Of a stretch of DNA of 64,000 nt, positions 60,665 to 64,000 are shown piece after piece (the stretch's first letter is position 1; every line of letters starts with the position of its first letter). Location: IMG/VR virus record IMGVR_UViG_3300031088_000775; one strand, given 5' to 3'. The stretch is from an uncultured virus (IMG/VR IMGVR_UViG_3300031088_000775). Its lineage: Duplodnaviria > Heunggongvirae > Uroviricota > Caudoviricetes. Position numbers and translations under genes: made by a program. Below the pieces are notes generated by a model. It made no database searches and had not been told where the DNA came from. It saw only the letters and a list, made by a program, of their open reading frames with translations.

Positions 60665-61645
60665 TTACTGATAGTCATCCCATCCTTCAGGTGTTCCTCC
60701 AGAAGAAATCCAAGTTTCTCTATCAGTAATTTGAGATCCATTTATATAAAAACTTACAATTCTATCGTCGGTAGAACCCGTTGAAGAATAAATATATGCT
60801 GGCCCGTCAGTTCTATGGAATTCTCCGTTTATGCGCCACTCTTCAGATAGAACACCTTTCCCATCATTTGTTAGATTTGCTGACGCAGCGGCACCCTCTC
60901 TATGTGCTTTCCCTTCAGCGTTTACATATGAATAACCAATCTGAACTCCTTCTGAGTTAAAGGATTCTTGCGCTATTCCTGCAGTGTTCACCCCTTTGTC
61001 TGTGATGTTTACTTCATTAGAAACGTATGAAACAGTACAAGTACCGCTTGCGTCATCAAAGAGGAACATATTTGGCCCGGCTGTGTTTACTGTGGAAAAC
61101 GAAATATTAGCGAACATTGCTGAACCGCCCTCTTCATAAAGAATTGACCATCCGTCAGTCACTTCACTAATACCAGAAGTATCACCTGCATTTGCTTTAT
61201 TAAAGTTTTCTACACCTTTTTCATAATTTTCTTTGCTGATGGTGTAACTATGAGGACCGCATACAAATTTTGTGCTGTCACTTGTAGTAAAGATACCCTT
61301 TTCGAAATCGCCTGAAGGCTCAGAGTTCTCGCCAGTATTAACTGGAGGAACGAAAGTGCTTTCTCCGCAGTCACCTTTTTGAGCGTTAATGCTAGGATCT
61401 GACTCGTAATATCCTGACACACAGATTTTGTGACTAGAGTCTGCTTCAACTTTAGTCAATAAATTAGAAATACTAGGATTCGGTCCAATAATTGCGGCTG
61501 CTGCTATTAGAGTTAAACCTATAGAACCTAATCCAAGCATTTTCTTTATTCTAGAATTGCTTTTAAAGCTTTTATCCGTAGCTTCTATGTCAATTCTTTC
61601 TTCATTGTTTTTATTAAACAATTTTACTGCCCCCATTTTAAACAT
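60665..61645 (-). CDS. Membrane-anchored extracellular protein with C-terminal HRxDGPA-type repeat
   Basis: Single TM; HREGAAA, WRINGEFHRTDGPAYI, FYING. Confidence 0.65.
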   Translation of the reverse strand: MFKMGAVKLFNKNNEERIDIEATDKSFKSNSRIKKMLGLGSIGLTLIAAAAIIGPNPSISNLLTKVEADSSHKICVSGYYESDPSINAQKGDCGESTFVPPVNTGENSEPSGDFEKGIFTTSDSTKFVCGPHSYTISKENYEKGVENFNKANAGDTSGISEVTDGWSILYEEGGSAMFANISFSTVNTAGPNMFLFDDASGTCTVSYVSNEVNITDKGVNTAGIAQESFNSEGVQIGYSYVNAEGKAHREGAAASANLTNDGKGVLSEEWRINGEFHRTDGPAYIYSSTGSTDDRIVSFYINGSQITDRETWISSGGTPEGWDDYQ

Positions 61646-61912
61646 TAAAGTAAACTTCTTTTAAAATTTTGATTAAAATTATAAAATACCTCAGTTTATA
61701 TCAGACTTTATCATTTTTGGAATATAGTATGTAATTTTCTGAGAAAACGCAATGATCTTTGGTCGTTGCGTAATTCTTATATGTAAATACAGGAAAGATG
61801 ATAAAATTATAATTAGTATAGTCTTAAAGGGATCTAAGAGTCTGCAAATACTCGAGAGACTTATTGTAAGTAAGTGTCGTTAGAGTCGAAGTAAAGTGAT
61901 GGAGGGTTAACT

Positions 61913-62722
61913 GTGGCTGAATGTATTAGCGATAGTTTTTCTTTAACAGAATATTGCGAAAGGCTTAAGAAGTCTTTTGAAAATGACGAGTTAAGTGACT
62001 ATGATCTATCTTGTATAGATGTAAAATTTAGAGTAGATGTAATCGTTTATTTCTGGTCTAGAATTGGACTTTCAGAATTTTATTTGCTCTTCGCTAAAAA
62101 TCATGATTTTAACGAAATCATAAAAGACGATAGAGCTTTTTCTGTAATTGCTAAAAACATGTTCAAGCGAGATAACGCTATAATAATTTGTACTTTGATT
62201 ATTAACACTAGTGTCCCGACTGTTCTTGATCATAATAAATCTATTTACATACTTCACTTCTTTTCAAGGCTTAAGGATATCTCTAAAAATGGTTTTCTTG
62301 ATTTTAAACAAACTAGAATGAGGGTCTCTAAAATTGACTCAAGTGGTAATAGAGTTAAGCTTTTAGCAGCTGATCCTACTAGTCTAGTAAAGAGAAATAA
62401 TAAATCAAAGAAGAAATTTCCCTATTATGGAGTTCTCAATCGGGATACTGCTGACGGTGCTCCATGGAGAAGAATTACTAAAGATATGATTTTTAGTGGA
62501 GATAGAGTCTCAGCAATATATTATATTCATTTTTGGTCTAAAACAGTAGACTATAAAATTCAGAAAGCTGTTGCAAGTTTCTTTGAAGATTATCGAGAGA
62601 TTGAGCCTAGCTTCTTCAGTATCACTGTCGTTACTGAAGTCTTTGAGAGTCACGCCACTCGTAAGGAAGCCATTCAAGACTTAGAGTCCATGCCGTTAGA
62701 GTGGCGTGCAGCTATTAATTGA
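61913..62722 (+). CDS. Hypothetical protein with C-terminal P[IL][ES]W motif
   Basis: Ends ESMPLEWRAAIN; GGAGG RBS. Confidence 0.65.
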   Translation: MAECISDSFSLTEYCERLKKSFENDELSDYDLSCIDVKFRVDVIVYFWSRIGLSEFYLLFAKNHDFNEIIKDDRAFSVIAKNMFKRDNAIIICTLIINTSVPTVLDHNKSIYILHFFSRLKDISKNGFLDFKQTRMRVSKIDSSGNRVKLLAADPTSLVKRNNKSKKKFPYYGVLNRDTADGAPWRRITKDMIFSGDRVSAIYYIHFWSKTVDYKIQKAVASFFEDYREIEPSFFSITVVTEVFESHATRKEAIQDLESMPLEWRAAIN

Positions 62723-62806
62723 TGCCTTCTAAATTCATATAGGAATCAAGATATCTTCAAAAGATTAGAATGCTAAATTAATGTCTGCGAGATTGTAGCC
62801 TAAGAA

Positions 62807-62890
62807 CGAAAAGACCACCTAGATAGCAACGCTATAGTTGAGTTATCTAGGTGGTCTTAGTAGCGCAGTTTCTATTAGATCTAGTTTACA
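62807..62890. repeat. Dispersed structured element, copy 8 (divergent, compensatory changes)
   Basis: AAGACCACCTAGATAGCAACGCTATAGTTGAGTTATCTAGGTGGTCTTAGTAGCGCAGTTTCTA. Confidence 0.8.
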
Positions 62891-62922
62891 GTGAAATACT
62901 AGAACATATTTCTGCTTTGAGA

Positions 62923-63525
62923 TTATTTGCTTTCGCCGTCTTTTTCGCTGAAAATGTTTTCAAAATGATCAGATCTTGGTACAGGCTTCAGACTATCGTT
63001 AGATGTAGTTTCCATATTGCGCAAGACAATTGCTTCGTACTGCTTTAGTATTTCCCTAGGGTTATCAGCAATTTTAATGTCAAGTTCAACTTCGGGTAGT
63101 TTTGATACATCACTGTAAAGCGTCTGATTCTTTTCTACGTTTTCTTTCGAGTACTCTTCAGGGTTATTCTTTCGAACTGATTTGTTGTAGGCTTTATTAA
63201 GCATGGCTATCAAGGGATAGGATATAACTGAAGATATAATTAGTGAAGCAAAAAGGGAGATTAGAATAAGGATATCTCCTGTAAAAAATATAGCTGAGAA
63301 GGAAGCAAATATAGTGAAAATAGGTAATAAAGTTGCAGCAATTAAAGAAAAGATGATAAAGCTTTCAGAGGATCTGTCCTGCGGTGTAACTTTAATAGTG
63401 CCTTTATCGAAAATTGTTTTAACTTGCAAGCTATTGTTAGTGCCGGCAAGCCCTATTTGATTTCTGAAGTCTCTTTTAAGATCATAATCGGAAAAGCAAA
63501 TGTCTTGAGTAAAACTTTTAAGCAT
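62923..63525 (-). CDS. Membrane protein (2 TM)
   Basis: Two hydrophobic helices; TGGTAAAAT upstream. Confidence 0.6.
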   Translation of the reverse strand: MLKSFTQDICFSDYDLKRDFRNQIGLAGTNNSLQVKTIFDKGTIKVTPQDRSSESFIIFSLIAATLLPIFTIFASFSAIFFTGDILILISLFASLIISSVISYPLIAMLNKAYNKSVRKNNPEEYSKENVEKNQTLYSDVSKLPEVELDIKIADNPREILKQYEAIVLRNMETTSNDSLKPVPRSDHFENIFSEKDGESK

Positions 63526-63665
63526 GTTAGTGGCCTATCTAGTAGAATCGTTTTTAGAATTTTACCAAAAAGCTTGTATTTTGATAAGATATAACAAGAT
63601 ATTCGAGATGGAGAATTATGATTAGTATAGATTTAATTAGATCAAGAGAGACTCGTCCAATTGAA

Positions 63666-64000
63666 ATGACAATCGATGAGTACCATAGTCTTGTGAGTAG
63701 TCTTACGATAGACCCTTCAAAACTTACTGCTCCTATCCGACTCTATGTTGATGTTGACGGAGTCCTACTACCTTTTATCCGTAATGAGGAGGAATTGAAT
63801 GAATTTAGCTCAGTCATTAAGACTTCTATTTTAAATTCAGACTTTAATAAAAACTTTACTGAATCTTTTCACTATCATCCTTATCATAAGAAGGTAATTG
63901 AAAGAGTCGCTCAGTTATCTAAAAATCCTATGATCGACTTTGTTTTTCTGACAAGTTGGAACTTTAATGCTGTTCGAAGTATTGCTAAATCTTTTGGTAT
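63666..64000 (+). CDS. HAD-superfamily phosphatase, RNA-repair (Swiss-army-knife HAD)-like, 3'-truncated (not in ORF track)
   Basis: MTIDEYH...IRLYVDVDGVLLP...FVFLTSW: HAD motif I DxDGV and motif II T. Confidence 0.7.
   Translation, partial: MTIDEYHSLVSSLTIDPSKLTAPIRLYVDVDGVLLPFIRNEEELNEFSSVIKTSILNSDFNKNFTESFHYHPYHKKVIERVAQLSKNPMIDFVFLTSWNFNAVRSIAKSFG

Noticed and set aside
18085..62890. The 180-bp repeat as a simple Frpo-type leading-strand promoter or plain terminator
   Set aside because: Occurs in both orientations and between divergent genes, with conservation far beyond the stem; kept only as a secondary hypothesis
1..64000. Prophage or jumbo phage assignment
   Set aside because: No terminase, portal, capsid or tail genes recognised here and transfer genes dominate; cannot be excluded for the rest of the replicon

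Overview
AT-rich (mid-30s % GC by eye) segment of what looks like a very large extrachromosomal element (megaplasmid-like, with phage-like accessory content). No rRNA, tRNA, CRISPR array or virion structural genes were recognised. Many leaderless genes and TATAGT/TAAAAT -10 boxes suggest an actinobacterial-type host (inference). Three zones. (1) 1-24.5 kb core: radA; a Tad/Flp pilus cluster (pilin, tadC, tadA, tadB, cpaB, cpaE) interleaved with TcpE-like and short VirB4-like conjugation genes; NAD-dependent ligase; and an oppositely oriented operon of Replic_Relax protein, PilT and a free-standing endonuclease. (2) 24.5-27.4 kb: a GC-rich non-coding hub with iteron-like GTGTGCGGT repeats, GCCA/TGGC-loop hairpins and an abrupt strand-skew switch at about 26,015 (probable origin). 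(3) 27.4-64 kb: many small accessory genes, most behind one conserved promoter, including RNA-repair/anti-defence-like enzymes (Rnl1 ligase, 2H, HD, HAD, ART-like) and a Cas4/AddB-like nuclease split by a class 3 intein. The most unusual signals are: eight copies of a ~180-bp structured non-coding element with covariation and one inverted core; a 4-copy 40-bp site cluster with flank swapping that suggests inversion; a GIY-YIG nuclease with 12 tandem CHCC zinc-finger repeats; and the Tad-T4SS-PilT hybrid transfer locus. All family calls come from motif reading, not database searches.
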